Shown: piece after piece, positions 1-10,122 of the stretch
Position numbering within the stretch: position 1 is the first letter of the stretch
Layout of the letters: each line of letters opens with the position of its first letter
NCBI GenBank assembly: GCA_963809485.1
Contig: CAWEJX010000021.1
Coordinates: 116,335-180,334 of the forward strand
DNA from: an uncultured Acidobacteriota bacterium
Lineage (GTDB): Bacteria > Acidobacteriota > UBA6911
Length of the DNA: 64,000 nt
Reading direction: 5' to 3'
The notes under the pieces: model-generated
Told to the model about the DNA's origin: nothing
Database searches by the model: none
The model's input: only the letters and a program-made list of their open reading frames with translations
Program-made: the position numbers and the translations under genes

Positions 1-252
1 CCGCTGGGCCATGAGCTGGTCGCGGTCCAGGCGGGCAACCACCTGTCCCTTATTCACCCTATCTCCTTCATCCACATTGCGCTCGATCAGGCGCCCGGAC
101 GTTTTAAAGGCGATATTGACCTCGGTCAGCTCGATATTACCCGACACCACAATCGCGGTGCCGGCTTTTTGATTGGATCGCCGGAAATGATAGACAGAGG
201 CTGCTGCGGCAGCCAGCACCAGGACACCCAACACCAGGATTCGTTTTCTCAT
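1..252 (-). CDS. HlyD/YbhG-family membrane fusion protein, 5' part (runs off window)
   Basis: Not in ORF track. Manual translation from ATG at 252: MRKRILVLGVLVLAAAAASVYHFRR...VSGNIELTEVNIAFKTSGRLIERNVDEGDRVNKGQVVARLD, i.e. TM anchor plus lipoyl-like motif; downstream of TolC. Confidence 0.85.
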   Translation of the reverse strand, partial: MRKRILVLGVLVLAAAAASVYHFRRSNQKAGTAIVVSGNIELTEVNIAFKTSGRLIERNVDEGDRVNKGQVVARLDRDQLMAQR

Positions 253-343
253 CCGATTTGCTCTCCACTCGAGTGGTGAGTATAAAATATAGGATCTTTT
301 CGGGCACGCCTTCAAACAAATCCCCGCAGGCGCCTCGGGGATA

Positions 344-1693
344 TCAGCGGCTGCTCACCGCGCGCCTCACACGGCCCATGGCCTGCTCCAGGTCAATGTG
401 CGCCACATTGTAATTGTATAGCGCTGCAATCCGGTTGTCCCGGGCCCGCTCCAGGCGTGTTTGCGCATCGGTTACCTCCAGGCCGAAAGCGACGCCCGAC
501 TGGTAGCGCCGCTGGGCCTGCGCAAGTTCATTTTCGGACAACTGCAACCCGTTCTGCGCCACTTTAACCTGCTGCTCCGCAGAGCGCAAAGCATCCAGGG
601 CAAGACGCACATCGAGCTCGATCTGTTCTTTAAGGTCGTGGGTACGCACCATCTCCGCGCGGTACTGGGAGGCGGATTCGGCACGCCGGGCGTCCCGGCG
701 CCCGCCATCGAAGATGGGGAGCTTTAATAGGATTCCATAGGTTCGGGTAGGCAGAGAACTGTCGAAGCCGTTGCCGATAGTTCCATAATCCCCAAAAGCG
801 GACAAGGATGGCAACCTCTCCATTTTGGTGGCGCTGGCTGACAGCCGCGCGCTGATCTCACGCTCCTTTTGAGCTTTGAAGTCGGGCCTTTGATCAAACG
901 CCTGGGCCTTGGCCTCTTCAAGCGTCACAGGATCCACGGGCTTATAGCCGAGCTTGTCGGTGAGATCGAGCTCCACGCCCAGCTGCAGATTCATCACGCG
1001 CAACAACTGCAGGTTCGCACTGTGGCGCGTGTTCTCCGCCACCAGCAGGCGCTGCTCGTCATTGGCGAGTTGCACGCGGGCGCGCGTGATTTCGATTCCC
1101 GTTCCTGTGCCCGCGCTCTTCTGGTTCTCTGCCTGGGAGAGAAGCGCTCGGGACAGTGTAACGTTGGCCCGCGCGGTTTCGACATCCGCATCCGCGCGAA
1201 TGGCCGCAAGGTAGGCCCGGGCCACCGCGGCCGCCACCTGCTCTTCCGCGCTGGCCAGTTCCGATTCGGCAGCGGACACGCCTGCCCGTGAGGCCTGAAG
1301 CCTGCGTATTGAGCTGAAATCAAAAATGCTTTGCGTCGCGGAGAGACGCGCATCCATGACATTGTAGGGACCCACCAGTGTCGGGAAGGAAAAGGCGAAT
1401 CCCGGCAAGGTAGGTATCTGGAACTGCAATCCATAGGCCTTCAGATTCACAGTCTGATCGCGGTAGTTGAGGTAGGAAGAGATGTCCGGGAGCAAGGCGG
1501 CCCGCGCCTGCGCGGACTGTGACTTAGACTGCTTCAATGCTTCGCCCGACAACTGAATCCTGGCGTTCCCTTCGGGTGAGAGAGCGATTTCCACGGCACG
1601 CTTGAGGCTCAGGGTGAGTGTGCTGTTTTCCGGCGCCGGTTCGGCAGCCGGTCCCAGGGACGACAGGAGCAAAATAATCCACAGATGCTTCAT
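344..1693 (-). CDS. TolC-family outer membrane efflux protein
   Basis: Signal peptide, two OEP repeats (ARAALLPDIS; LPIFDGG; AQRRYQSG), 449 aa. Confidence 0.9.
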   Translation of the reverse strand: MKHLWIILLLSSLGPAAEPAPENSTLTLSLKRAVEIALSPEGNARIQLSGEALKQSKSQSAQARAALLPDISSYLNYRDQTVNLKAYGLQFQIPTLPGFAFSFPTLVGPYNVMDARLSATQSIFDFSSIRRLQASRAGVSAAESELASAEEQVAAAVARAYLAAIRADADVETARANVTLSRALLSQAENQKSAGTGTGIEITRARVQLANDEQRLLVAENTRHSANLQLLRVMNLQLGVELDLTDKLGYKPVDPVTLEEAKAQAFDQRPDFKAQKEREISARLSASATKMERLPSLSAFGDYGTIGNGFDSSLPTRTYGILLKLPIFDGGRRDARRAESASQYRAEMVRTHDLKEQIELDVRLALDALRSAEQQVKVAQNGLQLSENELAQAQRRYQSGVAFGLEVTDAQTRLERARDNRIAALYNYNVAHIDLEQAMGRVRRAVSSR

Positions 1694-2313
1694 GGGTTCA
1701 CCTCGATCTCTTTCTCCGGCCCGGCAACGGCGCGGAATCCATTTCCGGCGAATGCCACAAGGTGTCTGGCGACATCTATTGAAAGCTTGGGAGGAGCCTC
1801 CGCAAGGATTTCAGACCGCACGGATAGCATATGCGCCATGGCGCCAAGGGTAAAATGGACTTTCCAGGCCAACTCCTCCCTGGACATCTCCGGCAGCGCC
1901 CGGCTCATGGCGGACAGGAACCGGTCCAGCATCGGCTGGAACTGCCGCCGCGCGATTTCGGGCATCAGTCCCTCCGCATGCACTCTTCCCAACAGTCTGA
2001 TAAAGTCCGGGCTCTTTCCGGCCAGCATTATGGGCAGAATAAAAGCCTCGAGGATTTTTTCAATGCAGGCCGGCTGGGGAACTGCTTCCACTTCAAACTG
2101 TTCCAGCATCTCCAGACGGCGCTGGTTTATTGGTTCCGCCTTCCTCGAGACCACCTGATCCAGCAGGTTTTGTTTGGATCCAAAGTGATAGTGGATGGCT
2201 GCCAGATTGACGCCCGCCTTGGAAATGATGTGCCTTAGGGAGGTGGCGGAGTAGCCGTATTCTCCAAAAAGAAATTCCGCCGCATCCAAAATCCTCTCTC
2301 TTGTATTACTCAT
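1690..2313 (-). CDS. TetR-family transcriptional regulator (PsrA/CecR-like)
   Basis: TRERILDAAEFLF...TSLRHIISKAGVNLAAIHYHFGSK helix-turn-helix; 4-bp overlap with TolC. Confidence 0.92.
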   Translation of the reverse strand: MSNTRERILDAAEFLFGEYGYSATSLRHIISKAGVNLAAIHYHFGSKQNLLDQVVSRKAEPINQRRLEMLEQFEVEAVPQPACIEKILEAFILPIMLAGKSPDFIRLLGRVHAEGLMPEIARRQFQPMLDRFLSAMSRALPEMSREELAWKVHFTLGAMAHMLSVRSEILAEAPPKLSIDVARHLVAFAGNGFRAVAGPEKEIEVNP

Positions 2314-2340
2314 ACGAATGACTTAATCATACGTTTGATT
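2310..2340. promoter_or_regulatory. Putative TetR autoregulatory operator (tandem TCAWAC-G-WWTGA palindromes)
   Basis: AATCATACGTTTGATT (2325-2340) is a near-perfect palindrome; a second copy TCATACGAATGA overlaps the TetR start codon. Confidence 0.6.
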
Positions 2341-2363
2341 TAAAATCAACGGCTTTTTCAAGA

Positions 2364-2426
2364 GGGACAGCCACCAGTGTCCGCGCATTTATAACTAATG
2401 GGAGCGGGGACAGTGGTGGCTGTCCC
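2364..2426. repeat. REP-like inverted repeat
   Basis: gggacagccacca...tggtggctgtccc arms. Confidence 0.6.
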
Positions 2427-2431
2427 CCTTT

Positions 2432-2896
2432 GTGTGTCGCTATGAATTTGTGATGCGATACTCCAGAGAGAACAACCTTCCGAAGGCAGCCGAATATGCA
2501 CAACTCACGCGGCGGTCTGCCGGATTGGCGCAGAAACAGGACGAAAAGTCAGAGGAGCAGATTCGAAAAGTGCGCCGGGCCTGTCAGCACGTGATCGGCA
2601 GCAATCTGATGGAAAAGGGGAATTATGCCGAGGCGATTGCGGCCTTCAAAGAGGCTATCAAGGCCGAGAGGTATGCGGAAGGCTATTACAGAATCGGCGC
2701 ATGCCTGGATCAACAGAAGCAGGTCGAGGATGCAATGCTTTACTACGCCATGGCCGAGCTGGTTGACGGAGAGTCGGGATCCAAGGCAAAAGCCAGACTT
2801 GAAACTCTCTATAAGGTTCTCCACAACAACACACTGATCGGGATCGACAAGGTCTACCAAAAGGCAAAAGACGCTTTGGCCCAACCTTCCCTGTAG
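2432..2896 (+). pseudogene. TPR-repeat protein, probably a C-terminal fragment
   Basis: GNYAEAIAAFKEAIK...EGYYRIGACL TPR pattern; begins abruptly after the REP hairpin with no clear RBS. Confidence 0.5.
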
Positions 2897-2947
2897 CGTC
2901 GCATTCCAGGGGCGCAGCCTCAAACGGATCTGCCGTCAGCCTCCGGT

Positions 2948-3511
2948 TTATGTCTGTTTATCCAGAAGCACGGACACCGGGGCCGATTTTGCAATCGTGT
3001 TGAACACCGGCGAATATTTTATCCCGGTCCGGATCATCTCCTCTTTTTGCTCGTCGGAAACATCGGCGTCAATTTTGAAATAAACCCGGATGTCCTTGTA
3101 CCCTTTTGGGACCTCTTCCGATATTCCAAGAAAGCCGCGGAGGTCTATATCTCCTTCATATCTGGATTGTATTCCCCGGATTTTGATTCCTTTTGCAGAG
3201 GCGTGTGCGACCAGGCTTGTGGTAATGCATCCGGACAAGGCGACGAGAAGATACTCGACAGGATTGCTTCCCGCATTATTTCCCAGGAGTACCGGGGGTT
3301 CATCCATGTCGTAATCCACAGGCGCCCGGGAGTCGTCTTCCTTCAAGGCTCCGGAAAAATCCCTAACCGTCGCCCGGCAATGTGTTCCGCCGATCCATCG
3401 GTTGGCCGCCCGGAACTGGAATTTGGCGACTTCGGGATTGAGTTTCACAGCTTCGATCACGCTGAATAATTCGGTCACGTTCACCCCGTTGACAATTTTG
3501 CTTTCTGCCAT
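2948..3511 (-). CDS. OsmC-family protein
   Basis: VNGVNV...DEPPVLLG...NPVEYLLVALSGC...EGDIDLRGFLG...SPVFNT; good RBS (ggaaggagagg). Confidence 0.9.
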   Translation of the reverse strand: MAESKIVNGVNVTELFSVIEAVKLNPEVAKFQFRAANRWIGGTHCRATVRDFSGALKEDDSRAPVDYDMDEPPVLLGNNAGSNPVEYLLVALSGCITTSLVAHASAKGIKIRGIQSRYEGDIDLRGFLGISEEVPKGYKDIRVYFKIDADVSDEQKEEMIRTGIKYSPVFNTIAKSAPVSVLLDKQT

Positions 3512-3675
3512 GTCGATCCTCTCCTTCCCAGGATAATTTCCTACAGGAAGTTAATCTCAAGGCTGTCCGAGGCGCAAATCGGCAGAAACACGCAATTCAA
3601 AGTAGGTAGTTATACGTACTATGATCACTGCCGGTCGCCGGCATTGAATCCTCTTACAAAACTCCGCATTTCCCC

Positions 3676-3985
3676 TAATTAGTTTCTGTCGCGAAACTCG
3701 GGTTTTGTGAAAAAGCCAAATTTTTCAACCGTCAATAGGATATTTGATATTACATAGAAGCCGATAATTGGAGTCAGGCCGCGTAGCGGCCAGCTGAATT
3801 TAGCCAGGCCTTTTAAGGCCTGGAGCGAAAGGAGTTAAGTTTTCCGTCGCGTAGCGACGGCTGAATCTCAGGCGTCGCTACGCGACGCGCTGCTCGCTGT
3901 ACCATGGTTCCCGGCCTTGAAAGGCCGGGCTAAAATCATAGTGCCGCTACGCGGCACAAACCAGTTTCGCGACAGAAACTAATTA
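3676..3985. mobile_element. MITE with 23-bp perfect terminal inverted repeats enclosing a nested REP/REPIN palindrome
   Basis: taattagtttctgtcgcgaaact (3676-3698) and agtttcgcgacagaaactaatta (3963-3985); inner arms gccgcgtagcggc / gccgctacgcggc, caggccttttaaggcctgg / ccggccttgaaaggccgg, cgtcgcgtagcgacg / cgtcgctacgcgacg. Confidence 0.8.
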
Positions 3986-4528
3986 CATTTTGACCCGGCC
4001 CACAACGCTATTTTGATTTCATCGTTGCACGGATATTCCCTTACTGGTCGTCGTTCTTATGCTTCGGGTTGGTTGGATAGCAGCCTTTAGAGCTCAATAC
4101 CGCTCGACATTGTCTGGCGGTTTATTCCATTACTGCAATTTATACAGTTCCCATGGAGATTTTCCGCTGTAACCGCTTTTGCCTTTTCTTTACTGGCTGG
4201 GACCAATTGCGTTTTGGATATCACGGCGCTTGTGTCGCGTGCCTGTAATTCCCGGCAGAGCCTTATTCTCCTGGCTTATTGCAGAATACCTAGCGGCGCA
4301 GCTTTTTATCTTGCGAAAAGACGGAACGATAAAAAGTATTTGCTTTTTCCTCGTCCTTATTTATATATAGACATTCTAGGCATTCCCCCGGATTATCCAA
4401 CATGTGGATTTAAGGGCAAGCAATTTTGAAGGTTGAATTCATCTTCGATTGAGCGCCATTTTAAGTTATCATTAAAGCTGTTTTTTGCGACCAGCGGAAG
4501 CGCTGAGAAAAATGACGAGGGTAGGCAA

Positions 4529-5977
4529 ATGAACTCTTTAAATATTGACAAATTAAGAGAAATTGTCGGCGATGAAAATATTCGGGACAACAAAGCCGAC
4601 CTCTACGTTTATGGCTCCGATGCGTCCGTTCACGAAGCCATGCCGCAGCTAATCGTCCGTCCGCAAAACATCGAGCATGTCCAGGCGGTCATGCGCTACG
4701 CCAACAGTGAAAAGATCCCTGTGATCCCCCGCGGCTCCGGATCCGGCATGTGCGGGCAGGTTGTCCCCATTATGGGCGGCATCATCCTGGACATGAGGGC
4801 CATGAACCGCATCCTCGAAATCAATCCCCAGGATGGCTATTGCCGGGTGGAGCCGGGGGTGGTCGATGACGACCTCAACCGAGCCCTCAAACCCTACGGT
4901 GTCTTTTATCCGCCGACACCCGCCTCCAGCGTAATTGCCACCATCGGCGGCGAGATCGCCAACAATGCTTCCGGCGGACGCTCGGTCAAATACGGCGCCG
5001 CTCGCGACGCCATCCTCGCCGTAAAAGTAGTGATGGCCAATGGAGAATGCCTCTCCTTCGGATCCACCACCCGCGTCTCCGCTTCCGGCTACCCTATTGA
5101 GCGCCTGATGGTCGGATCCGAAGGGACCCTTGCAGTGATCGTCGAGGCGACCATGCGTTTTGTGCCCATCCCCAAAATGCGCTGCCTGGGCATCGCCAAG
5201 TTCAATGTGTTGTCCGAGGCCGGCGATGCTATCGCGGACGTCATGGGCGGCGGCTGCCAGCCCTCGATGCTCGAGCTCATCGACAAGATCGCCATCATCG
5301 CTGCCAATAAGGCCGCAAAACTCGGTCTGCCCGAGGTCGACGCGATCCTGCTTTTTGAAGCCGACGGCATGACTAAAGATGTTATTGATGTGGAAATGGC
5401 AAAGATTCTGGCCATCTGCGAGAAACACAACGGCTTTGGAATGGAAAGCAGCTACGACGAAAAGGAAAGAACACGGATCTGGGCAGCACGCGCCAAGCTC
5501 TTCCCCTCTCTCTCCAAGTATGATGAACGTCTTGCCTCCACCTCTCTGGCCGACGATATGGCCGTCCCGTTCTCCAAGATGGCGGCGACCGCCGACAAGA
5601 TTCACGAAGTGGCCGATAAGCATGGCCTCGTCATGACAGCTTACGGCCATTGCGGCGCGGGCTGCATGCACACCAAGATTTTGATGGACACCGACAAGGA
5701 ATTCCAATGGGAAGCGGCGCGCAAGGCGGTGGCCGAAATCTACGATTTTGTCCGTTCGGTCGGCGGCACGACTTCCGCCGAACACGGCATCGGGTTGTCA
5801 AAAGCCGCGGCTTTCAAAAAGGAAAAAGCAGCCACCCTGGATCTGATGCGCGCGATCAAGAAAGTCTTTGACCCGAACAATATTCTGAATCCGGGCAAAC
5901 TGATGGACGGCCCCGACGACTGGGTCGAAGCCACCAATCTACGATACCAATTACCAAAGCGGGAATACAATGACTGA
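4529..5977 (+). CDS. FAD-linked 2-hydroxyacid oxidoreductase (GlcD / D-lactate dehydrogenase family)
   Basis: PRGSGSG, ATIGGEIANNASG..SVKYG, GSEGTL, GH.GAGCMH, SAEHGIG, FDPNNILNPGK motifs; start chosen at MNSLNI after gagggtagg. Confidence 0.9.
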   Translation: MNSLNIDKLREIVGDENIRDNKADLYVYGSDASVHEAMPQLIVRPQNIEHVQAVMRYANSEKIPVIPRGSGSGMCGQVVPIMGGIILDMRAMNRILEINPQDGYCRVEPGVVDDDLNRALKPYGVFYPPTPASSVIATIGGEIANNASGGRSVKYGAARDAILAVKVVMANGECLSFGSTTRVSASGYPIERLMVGSEGTLAVIVEATMRFVPIPKMRCLGIAKFNVLSEAGDAIADVMGGGCQPSMLELIDKIAIIAANKAAKLGLPEVDAILLFEADGMTKDVIDVEMAKILAICEKHNGFGMESSYDEKERTRIWAARAKLFPSLSKYDERLASTSLADDMAVPFSKMAATADKIHEVADKHGLVMTAYGHCGAGCMHTKILMDTDKEFQWEAARKAVAEIYDFVRSVGGTTSAEHGIGLSKAAAFKKEKAATLDLMRAIKKVFDPNNILNPGKLMDGPDDWVEATNLRYQLPKREYND

Positions 5978-6913
5978 ACTTAACCAGATTAGAAAAATGG
6001 AAAGGCGCCCTCAACAAGTGCATCCGGTGCGGCTACTGTTACGAACACTGCCCGATCTACAAGTCCACCGGTGGGAAATCGACAGCCCTCGGGGCAAGCT
6101 GGTATTGCTGTATGGAATGCTCAGCGGAGAACTCGAGCCTTCCGATTATATCGCCAACAAGATTTTCGAATGTTTCCACTGCAACCGCTGCCAGAAGGCC
6201 TGCTCTTCGGGAGTGCCCATCCAGGACGTCTACAACGATGCCCGCGCTTTCTTCCTGGAATCCGGCTTCGACGTCGTCGGGACCACCTCGCAGACCGACC
6301 ATGATGTCTGCGCCCGCTGCCTGAATTGCGTGCGCATGTGCAAACACGAAGCCCGGAGTTTTGTCGACGGAAAAATCGTGACTGACCGGCTCAAGTGCCA
6401 GAGCTGCGGCAGTTGCCTGGATATCTGTCCGGAAAAGGGCGTCTACCATCCGCACCGGCTACGGCACCAATCCAAACGAGCTCATCGATCAGGTCCAGTC
6501 CTATTTCACCGATCCGGACAATCCCGATGCCAAAGCGGTCGTGTTCACCTGCGGCTATTCGAGCTATCCCGGTCTTCAGTCCTCCCGCTATGACAAATTC
6601 GAGATCAGCAAGGAATACAAGATACTGGTCACCGCCTGCAGCGGACGCCTGAAATCGACCACCGTGCTGGAATCCCTCGAACGCGGCGCCTGGGGCGTGC
6701 TGATCTGCTGCTGTCCCGAGGATGATTGCGAACACGGCGGAACCCCGAGGGTCAAGGCGCGCATGAAATCTCTGACCAGCACCCTGGAAGGATAGACATC
6801 AGACCCGAAACGCCTTCAGGTTGTCGAAGTCCCTCAGGGGAATCCCAAAAAGTTCACCGATTCCGCACAAAGTCTTTATGGATGAAATCCGGGGCCTCGG
6901 TCCTATCGTGTAA
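5970..6913 (+). CDS. Fe-S protein: four [4Fe-4S] motifs fused to an MvhD/FlpD [2Fe-2S] domain (frameshifted)
   Basis: Reassembled across frames: CIRCGYCYEHCP (hidden frame, ~6020), CFHCNRCQKAC, CARCLNCVRMC, CQSCGSCLDICP, then VVFTCGYSSYPG...TACSGRL...GAWGVLICCCPEDDCEHGG...DPKRL...FMDEIRGLGPIV*. Confidence 0.8.
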
Positions 6914-6925
6914 GGGAGAGTAGCC

Positions 6926-8190
6926 ATGATCTTGCGTGTTCCGTACGGAAAAGACGGCAAGCTTGAGGCCGAAATTGACGAACAACGACTCGCCGGCATC
7001 ATCGAGCCGAATGAGGTCAAGATCGGAGACGAAACCGAAGTGATTCGCCAGGCACTGGCCAATCCGATCGGCTCCAAAAGCCTGAGCGATTTTTTGAAGG
7101 GTGCGCGGGATGTCCTGTTCATTGTCAACGACCCGACCCGGCCTACTCCGACCGCCCGCGTGCTGGATATCATCGAAAAAGACATTTCCGGATATCCGAT
7201 CAGTTTCATAATCGCCACGCGGAGTTCATCGGGCTCCGACTCCGGAAGAATACCTGCAGATCTTTTCCGAAAGATATTACGGCAAATATAAAGACCGCAT
7301 CTTCGTCCACGACGGCCGGAAAGAGCGAAGTGGTGTACCTGGGCACTTCGAAAAACGGCACAGAGATGGGATCAACGAGCGGGGCGTCGATGCGCACAAA
7401 ATAGTGATCATCAGCTCCGTCGAGCCGCACTATTTTGCCGGCTACACCGGCGGACGTAAGTCTTTCCTGCCCGGGATCGCCTCCTATAAGACCATCGAGC
7501 AGAACCACAAGCTGGCGCTAAAACGTGAAGCGTGCGCGCTCAAGCTCGAGGGCAATCCGGTTCACGAGGACATGATCGACGCGCTCGGGACGGTCAAAAA
7601 GGAAATCTTTACCATCAACACCGTTCTCGACAAAAACCACCGCATCTATGCGGCGGTCGCCGGCGACATCTACGAATCCGATGGATGAGGCGGTTGCCAA
7701 GGCCGACGAGGTGTTTGCGGCAAAGATCCCGCAGAAGGCGGATATTGTGGTTTCGGTCGTCAAATTTCCCTCGGATATCGATCTTTACCAGGCTCAGAAG
7801 GCAATCGACAACGCGAAGTATGCTCTCGAGACGGCGGCATCCTCATCCTGGTCGCCAAATGCCGGAGCGGCATCGGCGATGAGTCCTTCGTGAACCTGCT
7901 GAGTTCGGCGAGCTCGCCCAGGGATGCGCTGGACTCGCATCGAGCAGAAATTTGTGCTGGGATACCACAAGGCAGCCAAAATGGCTGAAGTCGGCCTGTG
8001 GGCTCAGACCTGGGCCGTAACCGATCTCGATCCTCAATTGCTGAAAAAGATTTTTATCCGTCCCTTTTCATCTTTGCAGGCTGCCGTGGATGCTGCCCGG
8101 AAGGAAAAAGGCAAAGATGCAAAAGTACTGGTACTGCTGGACGGCAGTCTGACCATCCGCATGTTGCAGATTGAGCATTGGCACGTTTGA
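6926..8190 (+). CDS. larA: Nickel-pincer-dependent lactate racemase family (frameshifted)
   Basis: VPYGK, ALANPIGS, VNDPTRPTPT, ATGVHR (after indel), VEPHYFAGYTGGRKSFLPGIA, DIDLYQAQKA, GYHKA motifs spread over several frames. Confidence 0.88.
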
Positions 8191-8256
8191 ACCTTGCACG
8201 CCCAAAAATCCGACGCGCGTTGCCTGGAAATGTGCAAAAAAGGTGGAGGAAATGAA

Positions 8257-8922
8257 ATGATTGTAGGCGATCAAAAACCGATTGAAGACATCCTCTCGTA
8301 CCTCGACGACTACGAGCGTATCCTGCTGGCCGGTTGCCACGGCTGCGTGACCGTGTGCAGCGCCGGAGGCCAGAAGGAAGTGGACATACTGGCCAGCCTG
8401 ATAGAAATGGCTGGAAAAAACGAGGTAAGCCATACAAGGTCACTAAGATCACCCTGGAGCGCCAGTGCGATCCGGAATTTCTGATCGAGCTGGTCGAAAT
8501 GGCGAAAGAACACGATGTGATCTTATCGATGGCCTGTGGGGCCGGGGTCCAGTTGGTAGCCGAGAAGGCCGGTTCCGTGAAAGTCTTTCCGGCCTTGAAT
8601 ACCAACTTTATCGGTGTCATCGAGCAAAAAGGGCAGTGGGGTGAGCGCTGTCAGGCCTGCGGCGACTGCAAACTCTACCTGACCGGCGGCATTTGCCCGG
8701 TCACCCGTTGCTCGAAGAGCTTGATGAACGGTCCCTGTGGAGGGTCTCGCAATGGTGTATGCGAAGTCAACGCCGCAGACGCCCTGCGGCTGGCAACTGA
8801 TCATCGACCGGCTCGACGCGACGGGTTGTCTGGATCAGTACGAAACGATCCAGGACCCGGCGGATTGGTCGCGATCTCGCGACGGCGGTCCCCGCAAGCT
8901 GGTCCGGGAAGATCTGAAGTAG
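8257..8922 (+). CDS. metV: MetV, Fe-S/Zn subunit of methylene-THF reductase (frameshifted)
   Basis: MIVGDQKPIEDI...GCHGCVTVCSAGGQKEV; ERQCDPEF; SMACGAGVQ; ERCQACGDC...TGGICPVTRCSKSLMNGPCGG; PRKLVREDL. Confidence 0.88.
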
Positions 8923-8938
8923 ACAGGGATAGCGAGGA

Positions 8939-9863
8939 ATGGCGATGAACGAGAATAAATCGAATCTGAAAACCGTATTAAAATCCGGAAATTTCGCCGT
9001 CACCGCCGAGGCCGGGCCGCCGCGTGGCGCCAGACCCGAAGTGATGCGCGAAAAAGCGAAAATCCTGAAAGGCTACGTCGATGCCTGCAACGTGACGGAT
9101 AATCAGACCAGTGTGGTGCGCATGTGCAGCCTGGCAGCCTGCAAGATATTGCTCGAAGAAGGCCTCGATGCGGTGATGCAGATGGTCTGCCGCGACCGCA
9201 ACCGAATCGCCGCGCAGAGCGATATACTGGGCGCCGCTGCCCTCGGAATCTCCAACCTGCTCTGCCTGTCCGGGGATCATCAGATATTCGGCGATCATCC
9301 CCAGGCCAAAAATGTCTTCGACATAGACTCGATTCAGCTTATGAAAATCGCCAGACAGATGCGCGACGAGTCAAAATTCGCCGGCGGCAAGGACGTGGAT
9401 GGACCGCCTGATTTGTTTATCGGCGCCGCTGCTAATCCCTTTGCCGATCCTTTCAAAATCCAGGTCCCCCGCCTGGCCAAAAAGGTCGCAGCCGGCGCTC
9501 AGTTCATCCAGACCCAGTGCGTTTTTAACGTGGAAAAGTTCATCGAATGGATGAAAGGGGTCCGGGAGCGGGGACTGCACGAGAAGACCTATCATCCTGG
9601 CCGGGATCACGCCGATCAAGAGCCTTCCCATGGTCGAGTATATGGCAACCAAGGTCGCCGGCATGGACATTCCCGACGCGGTCATCGAGCGGATCAAAGG
9701 GGTAGAAAAGAAGAAGCAGAAGCAGGAGGGCATCAAGATAGCCGTGGAGACCATCCAGAGGCTGAAGGAGATCGAGGGCATCCGCGGAGTTCACATCATG
9801 GCCATCGAATGGGAAGATGCGGTGCCGGAAATAGTCCGGCAGGCCGGCCTGAAGCCGAAATAG
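8939..9863 (+). CDS. metF: 5,10-methylenetetrahydrofolate reductase MetF (one frameshift near 9590)
   Basis: FAVTAEAGPP, NVTDNQ, CRDRNRIA.QSD, LSGDH, KKVAAGAQFIQTQ, then GVHIMAIEWE in the shifted frame. Confidence 0.92.
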
Positions 9864-9900
9864 GGCCAGTCGCACGATCTGCGCCGATCAAGAGGGAAAG

Positions 9901-9957
9901 GCCACGGAATTCCACGGGTTATTGCTCATGAACCGTGTGAATCCGTGGCTTTTTTTG
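9901..9957 (+). terminator. Hairpin plus U-tract after metF
   Basis: gccacggaattccacgg...ccgtgtgaatccgtggc followed by ttttttt. Confidence 0.6.
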
Positions 9958-10122
9958 ATTTCAAACACAATCCATTCTGTGTAAATATCTTGGATGAAAG
10001 GTCGATTTTGAGCCGCCCCCGCGCTATTTGTTTTGAAAGTGAGGGTGAAGGATTGCTTGACTGAAGGCTCGGGACCTTTTTTAGCGGAAAAATTGCAGCA
10101 TCCGGATATACATGGGACCAGG

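Noticed and set aside
3990-4520. SAM or THF riboswitch upstream of the metVF-containing operon
   Set aside because: I could not recognise the conserved cores by eye; an Rfam covariance search would be needed to exclude it fully.
5970-9863. Programmed ribosomal frameshifting
   Set aside because: Too many shifts per gene, some compensating, and no consistent slippery sites; sequence error is the simpler explanation.
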